This document shows positions 10,744 to 20,498 of a stretch of 64,000 nucleotides of DNA, in pieces (the first letter of the stretch is position 1; each line of letters opens with the position of its first letter). The notes below the pieces were generated by a model, which saw only the letters and a program-made list of their open reading frames with translations, was not told the origin of the DNA and did no database searches. A program made the translations under genes and the position numbers. Source of the DNA: Candidatus Latescibacterota bacterium (GTDB lineage: Bacteria > Latescibacterota > UBA2968 > UBA8231); NCBI GenBank assembly GCA_965206595.1, contig OZ242214.1, positions 1,408,001 through 1,472,000 of the forward strand, in the 5' to 3' direction.

Positions 10744-11793
10744 GTGGATTCGCTGACCCAGGCGGCCCTCGGCGCCGCGGTCGGGTACGGGGTCCTGGGG
10801 CGGCAGGCCGGCCGCAAGGCCCTGGTATGGGGCGCGGTTCTCGGCACCCTTCCCGACCTCGACGTGTTCGTGCCGCTCGGGGACGACGTCGCCGACTTCA
10901 CCCACCATCGCGGCCCCACCCACTCGCTGCTCCTGCACGCCGCCGCAACACCAGTTATCGCCTGGGTAATGGGACGGGTGCAGCCGTCGATCCTGCCGTT
11001 CCGCCTCCGCCGCTGGCTGCTGACCTTTCTCTGCCTGACGACGCACGCCCTGCTCGACGGCTTCACCGCGTACAGCACGCAGCTGCTCTGGCCCCTGCCG
11101 GTGGCGCCGACCGCCTGGTCTACCCTGTTCATCATCGATCCCCTCTACAGCCTGCCGCTGTTCGCAGGGGTGATCGCTGCGATTGTGTCGACGGGAGAGA
11201 GAGCGGCGCGCTGGAACCGCCTGGGTCTGCTGCTGAGCACCGCCTACCTCCTCCTCAGCATAGCGGCCAAACTGCACGTCGACGGGGCCGTGCGCGAAAC
11301 CCTGCGGGGGGATCCCGGGGCGGGATCCTTCATCTCGGGTGCCACACCGTTCAACATCCTGCTGTGGCGCGTCGTGGCGATGGACAGCGACGGTTATCGG
11401 ATCGGCTACTACTCTCTCCTCGACGACGCGGACCGCGTCCGCTTCACCCGCTACCCGGACGACCGGGAACTTCTCGAAGCCATCGCCGAGGAGGAGCCGG
11501 TAGCCGACCTGAAGCGGGTGACCAAGGGATTCTACGGGGTGCGCCTCGTCGGCAGCGAAATCCAGGTCGCCGACCTGCGCATGGGGTTCGAGCCGGCGTA
11601 CGTGTTCCGCTTCGTGGTCGGGGAGCTACGGGAGGGTCAGGTAAGGCCGGTGCCGAACCGCCGCGCCGGGGGCGGCCCCGACGTCATGACCCTGGGCTGG
11701 ATCTGGCGGCGGATATGGGACGAGTCCCTGTCGCCTCCCCATCCGGGGGAGGGGCGGTCATCCAGCCTCTTCACTACGGGACGCAAAGGGTAA
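10744..11793 (+). CDS. YdjM-like membrane-bound metal-dependent hydrolase
   Basis: MDSLTQ, LPDLD, HHRGPTHS, THALLD motifs with transmembrane segments; GTG start after AGGA. Confidence 0.88.
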   Translation: MDSLTQAALGAAVGYGVLGRQAGRKALVWGAVLGTLPDLDVFVPLGDDVADFTHHRGPTHSLLLHAAATPVIAWVMGRVQPSILPFRLRRWLLTFLCLTTHALLDGFTAYSTQLLWPLPVAPTAWSTLFIIDPLYSLPLFAGVIAAIVSTGERAARWNRLGLLLSTAYLLLSIAAKLHVDGAVRETLRGDPGAGSFISGATPFNILLWRVVAMDSDGYRIGYYSLLDDADRVRFTRYPDDRELLEAIAEEEPVADLKRVTKGFYGVRLVGSEIQVADLRMGFEPAYVFRFVVGELREGQVRPVPNRRAGGGPDVMTLGWIWRRIWDESLSPPHPGEGRSSSLFTTGRKG

Positions 11794-11859
11794 GGATGCG
11801 GCGCCAAGCCGTGGCGGGGCGTACCTGGCGTGGGCGAAAATCTTCACACTCCCGTGCGC

Positions 11860-13196
11860 TGACCAACCCAGTCATAGAGCAAGTCCCCGGAATACAACGG
11901 ACGCGAGCACGGGTGGTCCGCCCATTACGACGGCGAGTGGGTCTCGGCCGTACTGGCGGTGTTTCTGCGCGTGGTGGGCGGCTGGTATCGACGTCAGGCG
12001 CAGGCCATGGGCCATGACCGCGCGCGGTGGGGCTCGGTGACCTTCGTCCAGCGGTTCGGTTCCTCCCTGAACCTCAATCCCCACATGCACGTGCTCATGC
12101 TCGACGGGGTCTACGTCGATGGGGAGGACGCTCCGGTTTTCGTAGCGGCCCCGCCGTTGTCGGACCAAGCCGTGCAGCAGATCGTGGAGACGAGTGCGCG
12201 CCGCATCATCCGCTTGTGCACGAAACGCGGCCTGTTGGACGACACCGCCGCCGATCCGCTCGCCGACGAGGAGCCGGTGCTGGCGGCTCTCACCGCGGCT
12301 TCGGTGCGAGGGCTCACCGCCACACCGGGGCCCGCGCCGGCCAACGCCTGCGCCGGGTCCTGAAAGATCCGGCCACCGGGGTGCGTACGGCGCCCTTGTG
12401 CTTTGCTTCGCGCGGCTTTTCGCTGCATGCGGCAACGCGGATCGCAGGCCCTGACCGGCGCGGGCTCGAACGCTTGTGCCGCTACGTGGCCCGGCCGCCC
12501 TGGCGGGAGGGCGTCTGCGCTTTGTCGATGCCGACCCTCTTTCCTTCGCGCTCAAAACGCCGTGGTCGGATGGGACCCGCCATCTCCTGCTGTCTCCGAT
12601 GGACCTGCTGGAGAAGCTGGCGGCTCTGGTTCCCCCGCCCCGGTTTCATCTCCTGCGCTACCACGGGGTCCTGGCGCCCCGGGCCCGGGCCCGCGAGCGC
12701 ATCGTGCCGGCCAAGCCGGTTGCCGAGTCGTCGTCGGCGGACGGCTCGGCGAGCGTTGCGTCCTGCGGCCATCGACTGCGGTGGGCGACCCTGCTGGCGC
12801 GGGTGTTTTCCTCCGACCTCAGCGAATGCGCGGCATGCGGCGGTGGCCTGAGAATCATCGCCGCCCTGACCGATCCGGCCTCGATCCGGACCTATCCGGA
12901 GGGGGTAGGGCTGCCGGCGATGCCCCCGCCGAGGGCCCCGCCTGAGCCGCTGTTCGAGTTCGCCGCCTGACCTGCCTTCTCGACCCGTCGCCGTCGCCGG
13001 GCGTACGGCGGGGGGTGCCCTCAACGGTCCCTCAGGCCCCGGATTTTGATCCGGATACGGGCCTACAGGCAACCAAACTGTACTGCGAGCTCGGCCGAAG
13101 GACTGGCAAACGATCCTCAGGGAGCTGCCTGACCCTAGCGGTGCGCTCAGCGCCTTGACCCGAGAGTCCAAAAAAGGTGCCTCATTTTACCTATAC
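11860..13196 (+). mobile_element. Degenerate IS91/ISCR-type rolling-circle element (5'-truncated, frameshifted transposase, putative oriIS end)
   Basis: QRFGSSLNLNPHMH (HUH motif), GFSLHA, LERLCRYVARPP and RYHGVLAP are spread over three frames (11959-12970). TTACCTATAC ending at 13196 resembles the CCTATAC oriIS terminus of ISCR elements. Left boundary is approximate. Confidence 0.82.
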
Positions 13197-13326
13197 TCAA
13201 CGACGATGATGGCGCTCATAGCTCACCTCCATCTTTAAGAGACTGTTTCTGCATCGACCTTCTAATCCATTCGACAACCTTGATTCTCTCGTAAAAACCC
13301 TACGTCCCCAGAATGCCCGGTTTTTT

Positions 13327-13374
13327 ATACAACATATAGTGTATGCCTTGTCTTAGTTGGCCAATATATAGTGG
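13327..13374. promoter_or_regulatory. Tandem NrdR-box-like operators, 32 bp apart
   Basis: ATACAACATATAGTGT (13327-13342) and GGCCAATATATAGTGG (13359-13374) match acaCwAtATaTwGtgt at 14/16 and 12/16, with all core positions kept. Confidence 0.62.
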
Positions 13375-13402
13375 CGCTCTAGTGTGCTGAATCGCTGAAC
13401 AT

Positions 13403-13467
13403 CCTGAAAATGGGGTTAATACGAAGGAGTCAACCTTGACTCCCTCGTAACAACCCCGTTTTCAAGG
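13403..13467. repeat. Long imperfect inverted repeat (~31-bp arms) in the IS non-coding end
   Basis: CCTGAAAATGGGGTTAATACGAAGGAGTCAA-CC-TTGACTCCCTCGTAACAACCCCGTTTTCAAGG. Confidence 0.85.
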
Positions 13468-13621
13468 CAGAGAATTTTTCTTGAAACTTTAGTTTCACCA
13501 ACATGAAAAGAATCGGGAATGCGCCGCTATTCAAGCAGCTTCAGCGCTCTATCGTCCGATGGCCTCGAATCGGGCTTATAAGGCCTTTTTGCGGCACCGA
13601 AAAGGACCTCCGTTCCCTTTT

Positions 13622-15367
13622 TCAGCCCATCGCCGGAGCTATGGCTTCGGGTTTGGGCGTAAGCGCCCGCAGCATTCTCTTGAAATTGCAGGCCAGGGCT
13701 TTCAGGTAGACGGCCAGCTCCACGCGCCAGCGTCCGCGCACACGCAGGGCGCCCAGCCCGTGTCTTCGTTTCAGTTCCGAGACCGTGGCCTCGATGCCGG
13801 CGCGAATGCGATAGCGCTCCTTGAAGGCGCCGCTGGCGATGGCGCGGCGGCGGCGTTCGAGGTTGACGGCTTTCAGGTCCACGGTTACGGCGTAGCCGTC
13901 CCCGTCCTGGTTCGGCCGCACCGGGCAGAGGGGAAACAGGGCGCAGGTCTGGCAGCTTCGGCGCTCGAAGGTCAGCACCACGTGGTGCTTCTTCTTCTCA
14001 TACGACGTTTGCTCTCTAGCCAGGTATCCGGCCGGGCAGATGGCCGGATCCCGGAGACGGGCCTCGACGAGGAAGTCGGCTTCGGTCACCGTATCGGGGC
14101 GCTCCTCGACGTCGACCTGCGGGCCTTTGACCGGGCTGACCAACTCGGTGCCCAGGCGCTCGGCGTTGACGGCGTTGTCGCCGGAGCCGAAGGCGGTGTC
14201 GGCGACCAGCTCGTCGGGTCGTTGCCCGCGCTCTTCGAGGGCCTCCAGCACCGGCATCGTCGCGTGCTCGTCACTGGCGCAGGCATCGGTCACCGCTACG
14301 TGGGTGATCCTGTTCACGGTGTCGGTCTGGTCGTCGTCGGTCTGGTCGTCGTCGGTCTGGTCGTCGTCAGTCTGGTCGTCGTCAGTCTCGACGCAGGTCT
14401 CGGCGATCTGCACCTCATACCCCTTGCCCTTGCGGCCGTGGTAGGTGGCCTCGGCATCATAGGGGCTTTGCAGCGAGTCGCTGCCGACCTTCTCAGGCGC
14501 CTTCAGCACCACCGGCACGCCGCCTTCGCCGGCGTCGTCGTCCTCGGTCGAGGGGCGCTGCTTGTCCACGATCACCTCACACTGCTCCCACAGCAGGCGC
14601 TGCAGCAGCGCGTAGGATGCCAGGCCCTCCGCCGCCGTGCCCGCAAACAGCTGATGGAGACGGTAGAGGTCGCGGGCGCACACCGGCAGCCGCCTCTTGC
14701 CCGTGCCGGAGGGCGCGTCCTGGTAGGCCGTGGCGCTGCCGTCCTCCTTCAGGTAGCGCTCGCGCAGGCGCTTCGACACCCGCCCGTACAGGCGCGGATG
14801 CTCCGCCGCCAGGGTTTTCAGAAAGTGACGGAGGGTCTCACACAACAGCCCCAGACGCGACAACACCGCGATGTTGCTGAGCACGTGGGTGGAGTCCAGA
14901 CGCTGCCGGGTGACCTTCGTACCCAACGCTTGGAGAATGCCATCCGTGGTCGCCTCGAACGCCTGCCGGCCGCGGTCATGGGCCAGCAAGCGAGCGCGGA
15001 AGTTGTGCAGCGTCAGGACGTTGTTAGTCCTCGTCTTCTGCGCCAGGTGGGCCTCCTCCGGGGTCAGCTCCAGGGCGTGCTGCCACAGCAGGCTGAACTC
15101 CAGCTGCTCCAGCGCCTCGGCGTCGGTCAGAGCGAACATCTCCTTGAGCAGAAGCACGCCCAAGACCGTCGCCACCGGCTGGTTGGGACGACCGTTGTCG
15201 TCGCAATACAAGAGCGCGAACTGTTCTTCGTCGATCAGCGGCAAGGCGTGCGCGCGAAAGCTCTCGGCCCAGCTCGCCTGCAGGCGCCGCTGCTTGGACG
15301 GAGGCACCAGGTTGCGGCTCTCGAACAGGGTGCGTTGCGAATCCTTCGTACGAAACATCAGCCCCAT
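13622..15367 (-). CDS. IS1182-family DDE transposase
   Basis: GRP N-terminal domain, RLDSTH, SPYDAEA, VADTAFGS, CPAG..CxxC...C cluster, YRIRAGIEATVSELK (YREK-like). Confidence 0.9.
   Translation of the reverse strand: MGLMFRTKDSQRTLFESRNLVPPSKQRRLQASWAESFRAHALPLIDEEQFALLYCDDNGRPNQPVATVLGVLLLKEMFALTDAEALEQLEFSLLWQHALELTPEEAHLAQKTRTNNVLTLHNFRARLLAHDRGRQAFEATTDGILQALGTKVTRQRLDSTHVLSNIAVLSRLGLLCETLRHFLKTLAAEHPRLYGRVSKRLRERYLKEDGSATAYQDAPSGTGKRRLPVCARDLYRLHQLFAGTAAEGLASYALLQRLLWEQCEVIVDKQRPSTEDDDAGEGGVPVVLKAPEKVGSDSLQSPYDAEATYHGRKGKGYEVQIAETCVETDDDQTDDDQTDDDQTDDDQTDTVNRITHVAVTDACASDEHATMPVLEALEERGQRPDELVADTAFGSGDNAVNAERLGTELVSPVKGPQVDVEERPDTVTEADFLVEARLRDPAICPAGYLAREQTSYEKKKHHVVLTFERRSCQTCALFPLCPVRPNQDGDGYAVTVDLKAVNLERRRRAIASGAFKERYRIRAGIEATVSELKRRHGLGALRVRGRWRVELAVYLKALACNFKRMLRALTPKPEAIAPAMG
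14321..14388. repeat. 15-bp tandem repeat, ~4.5 copies, encoding (TDDDQ)n in the transposase
   Basis: GTCRGTCTGGTCGTC units starting at 14321, 14336, 14351, 14366, with a partial unit at 14381. Confidence 0.95.
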
Positions 15368-15467
15368 CCAGTAAAGAGGAAGTGTGTGACGGATTGGTAT
15401 ACACCAATATACCAGGAACCCTTGATTATCAGGGCTGTGAGAGAGGGGTTTTTACGAGAGAATCACT

Positions 15468-17127
15468 CTTGTTAAAAAGTGCGTAAAGTGGAGGCTACAC
15501 CCTTTCCTGCTGTGGGGATGTTGGCAGGTACCCGAAGACCCCAATTTGCTCGCGCAAGTCGGTGATGTTCGCATAACTGTCGAGGTTTTGCAGACCTATG
15601 CTGCAAAGGCGCCTACCAACATGGAAGAATTCCAGGTTGAATACCGGGATCTGCTGCAAACTTTAGTGGATCGGGAGGTGCTGCTGCTGGAAGCCCAAAT
15701 CCGGGGAATGGCTGAAGACTCCTTGGCCCAGTCACGACTCCGTGAGGATGAAACAGAGCGCCTCGTGCAAGAGATGCTTTCGCCAAGTTACCGCCAGGCT
15801 TTCGGTTACTCCTGAAGAGGTGAGAAGGGAATTCGAAACTGGTGGCTGGGATGACCAGGTCCAGTGCCTCCAGATCTTCGTGTCCGATTCGGCCAGAGTA
15901 GGAATGCTGTTGGACAAGTTGCAGGAGGGGGCCGACTTCGAGGAATTGGGCAGGCGCTGGGCGGAAGACCGCCTTTTCAAAATCCCGACCGGTTCGGTGC
16001 AGAGGTTTTCTTACTCTGCCAAGGACGGACCCCGAAAAGTCGTGGAGGCGGTTTTCGATTTGTCCGCTGGAGAGGTGACTGGGGCCATCGAGATCGACGG
16101 CGGATGGGTCATTGTCAAGGTTTTGGAAAGGCGTCGGGTTCCGTTCGAGGAGGTGAGGGAGAAGGTTCAAAACTGGTTGACCCGTAGAAAAAAGGAGGCT
16201 TTGCGAGACGTCTATTTCATTTCGCTGCGAGAGAGCTTCGAATTGGCTTTGAACCAGGAAGGAATTGACCTGGTACTGCGGATGCTGAAAGAGGGGGTCC
16301 GCGGCCATGGGCTGGCCGCGGAAGAGCGCATGGTGCCGGTGTACACCTACAGGGGAGGAGCGCTAACGGTAGAAGCGGCCCTTTCGGCGATAAAACAAGG
16401 ACCTCGAAGTTCGGCCGACCTTTCCGAAGGCCTTGTGATAGAGAAGTTGAGAGAGGTTCTCAAGCGCAGGCTGGTACTGGCTGACGCCCGGTCGCGAGGT
16501 CTGGATGAGACCGAGGAATTCAGGAAGTGGAGACGGGGGAAGAAGGCGGACCTGATGATCGGCATGTTGCGCTCCCGGGTCCTCGATGAAGAACTAACGG
16601 TCTCGGAAGAAGAAATCCGGGCCCGTTACGAGGAGCGCAAGGAGCATTTTCGTCAGCCTGCAAGTGCTCGGGTTCTCGACCTCCTCGTCAAGGATCCCGG
16701 AGAAGCGAGAGCATTACGGCGGGAGATCGAAGCCGGCGGGGACATGCGCAGTCTCATACGTCGCCACAGCATCCGGGAAAATTCCGAGGAGGGGGTCCTG
16801 GAGGTTTACGAAGTACAGTCCATGATTTTTGGAGAAGAATGGCTCAACGCGGTCATGAATGCCCCGGTGAACGAACTACGGGGACCTGTCGAGAGCAAAG
16901 GGGGATTCTCCCTGTTCAAGGTGCTCGAGAGAAGACCCCGCGACTACTTCCAGCTCGAAAACGAACGCGTGCGCATGACCCTGATCAGGGAGATCAGGGA
17001 AATCAAGGAGCGGGTACTGTTCAATGAGTTCCTGGAGAGCTTGCTGCGCAAGCATTCCGACCTGATCCATGTTTCAGAGGAGAATCTCGAGCGCATGGAG
17101 GCTGAGAGCAGAACTGAACTACAATAG
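15468..17127 (+). pseudogene. PpiC/SurA/PrsA-like peptidyl-prolyl isomerase lipoprotein with two rotamase domains, frameshifted
   Basis: FLLWGC lipobox-like N-terminus, LAQVGD..IT, GADFEELG, GEVTGAIEIDGGW, GPVESKGGFSLFKV. Frame changes near 15778-15781; the N-terminal frame runs open to the IS end without a clear start. Confidence 0.75.
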
Positions 17128-17550
17128 GTTGATTGGGCAACCACCTAGAGGGAGGATCTGTCCTGACCTCCGGCCCTCAAAAGGCGGAGATCGAAGCGTT
17201 CTTCCGCAGCTTCTACTCTCGCCCGACTCGCCGAGGCCCCGGTTCTGCTGAAGGTTCGCGAGCCGCTCGAAGGGGAGGTAGCCCTTACCGGCCCCCCGCC
17301 GGATCGATGGCGATCAAGGCTGTCGAGCACCTGGCATCGGCCCGGTCCCAACAGGACCGACCGCGCCCGTCGCCCCCGTGCCCTGCTACTTCTCACGCTC
17401 TTGGATAAAGGGGTGGTCGGACTTCCGGCGGACGGTCACCCAGGAAAAGGCGAAAAAGCTGTTTCCGGCCCTCAGGTACCTGCTCGGCTTCTCGTCCAAT
17501 CCCAATCGTCAGGGGCTGATCCTGCCCGCGGCGGATTCGGCGCCGATTTT

Positions 17551-19755
17551 TCAGAAATACAGTTTGTGCAGCACCCGCAGGTTGCTGCCCGGCTCGGGCA
17601 GGATCTCCTTGACCCGGTTGAGGTGCCTGCGATAGACCGCGTCGGTGGCGTTTTCCAGGCTGGCCGAAAAGGCGTGCAGACGCCCGCGCCAATGGGCGAG
17701 GTATTGCCCGGACAGATCAAGCACGGCGTAGCCGTCGGTCGGTTCCTCGAACTCGCCGGGACGGCCCTGGGCCGCGGCGAGGCGAAGCGCGACAGTGCCG
17801 CTCAGGGATTCCCGCCCGCCGGTCAGGCTGAAACGGCCCTGCAGTGGAGGCATCCGGGGCAGCGGCTCGTCGTCCCGGTCGCTCAACACCCCTCGCACAT
17901 GGCTCGCGGTGACCGCGGTTTCCCAGCTACGCGACAGCTCCCAGTCGACGGCGACCTCGGCACCGCGCATGCGGGCACGTTCCCCGACGGTCCGATACAG
18001 GAACAGGTCGGCGCGCCGCCGACTCTCCTCGCCGGTGTTCCTGGGAAAGATGAAGCCGTCGATGTCGTTGCGGAAAATGGCGAGGTGGAGATGTCCCCCG
18101 GGGTGGTGGTAGTCGGCGAACAGCTCGAGCCCCCGCCCGCGTTCGCTGTCCAGGGCGCCGTTGCCGACTTCGTAGGAGTACGCAGCCAGGTGCGGCCCCT
18201 CCGAGAACAGCTCTTCGATTCCGGGAGCCCGGAAGGTGCGCATCAGGGTCGCGCCCAGGGTCAACGCTTCGGTGGGGCGATAGTGAGCGGACAGGCCGCC
18301 TGACAATCCCGCGAAGTCCCGCCGCTGTATGCGGCCGACCATCCGGGAATCCCGCTCCTCCCGTGGTCGGACGCTGCGAGCGTCTAACCGCACGGCCCCG
18401 TTAGCGGCCCAGGAACCGCGTTCCCACTCCTGGTAGGTGAAGCAAGCCGCGGCGTACTCGGTTGCCGGAGGGGTGAAGCTGAGGCCTGCGGCGGCGTAGT
18501 TGCGGTATTCGTACCAGACCCCGGCGGCGCCGTTCTCGAAGGGACCGACGGGATTCAGGCGGGCGAGACTGGCGAGGTGGTGGGTCAGTACCCCGAACTC
18601 TATGCCCTTTGATCCGCTGGCCTCGAACTCGCCGTGCTGGTAGCGGGAGAAGGTGTGGTGCAGCTCGAGCTGCCTGATCCGGTCGGAAACCGCAAGAAGC
18701 TCGGCGCGCGTTTCCAGGTGCTGGCGTTCGAGCAGGATCGACACCCCAGACGGGTGGGAGCCGATCGGGTCCGGAGGTATGCCGTACTCGGAATCGTAAA
18801 GGCTTCCGGAGAAGCCGAAGTGGCCCCAAGGCTTCACCAGACTGACTCCCAGCGATCCGTTGCCGGTGCGGATGTCGGTGTTGGCAAGGGTGCCTCGCGG
18901 AGTCGAGACATCCCCTGCATGACGCAGGCTGCTGTCGAAGCGCAGAGCGAGCGGTCCCAGCGGCTGTTCGAATGCGAGCCCCGCGGAAAGGCCGCCGGTG
19001 ACGCTTTCCCCCTGCCAGACGAAGGAACCGTTGCGCTGCTGCGGCTGTTCGGAAGGAACGTACCCGCGGACGACGTTGACCACCCCTCCCAAAGCATTGG
19101 AACCGTAGAGGATGGTCTCCGGGCCCCGGATCACCTCGATGCGTTCCGTGGTCATCGGTTCGATCGCCACGGCGTGGTCCGACGATGACGCGGACAGGTC
19201 CCCGGTGCGTTCCCCATCTTCGAGCACGAGCAGGCGGTCGCCGCTCAGTCCGCGCAATACGGGGCGGGAGGGCGCCGGGCCCATGGTTCGCTGCGCCACT
19301 CCTGGTTCAAAGTCAATGGTCTCGGCTATGGTGCGGCTGAGATTCTGACGGAGTTTGCTGCCGCTGAAAACGACTTCGGGTTCGTGAAGCGGGGAGACAG
19401 GCCGCTCGTGCTCATCCTCGACAACGGTCTCCTCCATGTGCAGGGCATCATGTCCGATCTGGAGATCGACGTGGGTTGTGTCTCCCTGCTCGACCCGCAC
19501 CTCGAATCGCGCATCGCGGTATCCGAGGTGCAGCGTCTGCAGGATGTACATCCCCGGGGTCAGGGCGGGAAAAAGGAAATGCCCTTCGCTGTCGCTGACG
19601 CGGCCGTGGTTGATCCCCTCGATGACCACGGTTGCCCAGGGCACCGGGTCGCCGCTGTCGGCGTCGACGACGTGCCCGGCGAGCGCCCCTGTTGCAGCGG
19701 CGTACAGGGGCGCTGCCGACAGGTATGCAGCAAGAGCAAACGTTCGGAAGATCAA
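17551..19755 (-). CDS. TonB-dependent outer-membrane receptor (ZnuD-like, probable metal uptake)
   Basis: Signal peptide, carboxypeptidase-regulatory-like N-domain, plug motifs (SRPVLRGL, SSDHAV, IEVIRGP..LYG), EELFSEGPHLA loop, terminal Phe. Confidence 0.9.
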   Translation of the reverse strand: MIFRTFALAAYLSAAPLYAAATGALAGHVVDADSGDPVPWATVVIEGINHGRVSDSEGHFLFPALTPGMYILQTLHLGYRDARFEVRVEQGDTTHVDLQIGHDALHMEETVVEDEHERPVSPLHEPEVVFSGSKLRQNLSRTIAETIDFEPGVAQRTMGPAPSRPVLRGLSGDRLLVLEDGERTGDLSASSSDHAVAIEPMTTERIEVIRGPETILYGSNALGGVVNVVRGYVPSEQPQQRNGSFVWQGESVTGGLSAGLAFEQPLGPLALRFDSSLRHAGDVSTPRGTLANTDIRTGNGSLGVSLVKPWGHFGFSGSLYDSEYGIPPDPIGSHPSGVSILLERQHLETRAELLAVSDRIRQLELHHTFSRYQHGEFEASGSKGIEFGVLTHHLASLARLNPVGPFENGAAGVWYEYRNYAAAGLSFTPPATEYAAACFTYQEWERGSWAANGAVRLDARSVRPREERDSRMVGRIQRRDFAGLSGGLSAHYRPTEALTLGATLMRTFRAPGIEELFSEGPHLAAYSYEVGNGALDSERGRGLELFADYHHPGGHLHLAIFRNDIDGFIFPRNTGEESRRRADLFLYRTVGERARMRGAEVAVDWELSRSWETAVTASHVRGVLSDRDDEPLPRMPPLQGRFSLTGGRESLSGTVALRLAAAQGRPGEFEEPTDGYAVLDLSGQYLAHWRGRLHAFSASLENATDAVYRRHLNRVKEILPEPGSNLRVLHKLYF

Positions 19756-19761
19756 TCCTTT

Positions 19762-20277
19762 TTAGCCTTCCTCATCGTGATCCTCGTCGGCGTGGGAGTC
19801 CTCAAAGCCCGGACCTCCTTCTTCGACGTGGACTTCAATATCCTTGGAAACGAAGTCGGCGTGGTCGTTGTGGTTGAGCTTGATCACCATGGTGGTCTGC
19901 CCCTCTTCCAGGCCGGAAATGTGGAATGCCCAGGGGCCGTCTTCCTCGTGCTGTTCGATTTCGGCGATGCTTTCGTCGGCGATTTCCCAGTCAAGGGCAT
20001 AGCCGTCGTCCGCGTCCGGGGTGAACAGGTCGCCGTCCTCGGCAATGAAACGCACCGACAGCAGGGGGGTTTCCAGGCCGTGGCCCACTTTGATGTCACC
20101 TTCTGTCTCGCCGTTCTCGTAGCGGACGAGCTCCTCGCCGCTGCCGAAGATGATCAAGCCGAAGGCTTCGGCGTGCTCTTCCCCCTCATGGGGGTCTACG
20201 GGATTGTCGTCGTCGCCACAGCCGGCAAGGAGCAGTGACATGAGAATCGGTGCTGCTGTCGAGATAATCCTGAGCAT
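19762..20277 (-). CDS. His/acid-rich lipoprotein, probable metal-binding partner of the receptor
   Basis: LLAGC lipobox; HEGEEHAEA, HNDHADF and SHADEDHDEE motifs; GGAG RBS. Confidence 0.8.
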   Translation of the reverse strand: MLRIISTAAPILMSLLLAGCGDDDNPVDPHEGEEHAEAFGLIIFGSGEELVRYENGETEGDIKVGHGLETPLLSVRFIAEDGDLFTPDADDGYALDWEIADESIAEIEQHEEDGPWAFHISGLEEGQTTMVIKLNHNDHADFVSKDIEVHVEEGGPGFEDSHADEDHDEEG

Positions 20278-20498
20278 GGTATGGTTCTCCAGGTTGATGT
20301 CCCTGTGACCCGAAGGTCCCGGGGTTGTGATCAATGTGATACCGGTCGGAACAGGCAGGAGACATGGGCCTACCGCCTGTATCCACGCGGGTCGGGTAAG
20401 GAGAACGCATCCGCACCCCGCCGATCCAGATGGCGCGGAAGCGTCGGGCGGTGGCGCCAGGATGGCGGAAAGGGACTACGTGAGGCGAGTGCGGATGC

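Larger units (their letters stand above)
13281..15465 (-). mobile_element. IS1182-type insertion sequence with perfect 20-bp terminal inverted repeats
   Basis: TGATTCTCTCGTAAAAACCC at 13281-13300 and its exact reverse complement at 15446-15465 flank the transposase. CT occurs on both outer sides (possible short target duplication). Confidence 0.9.

Noticed and set aside
14321-14388. Possible CRISPR array
   Set aside because: Contiguous 15-bp units without spacers, inside a coding region; no cas genes.
13559-15475. 638-aa plus-strand ORF with VVVGL repeats
   Set aside because: Antisense of the transposase; the repeats are the TDDDQ minisatellite read on the other strand.
17130-17550. Short ORFs between the PPIase and TonB receptor genes
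   Set aside because: No convincing RBS or motif; probably intergenic or unrecognisable debris.
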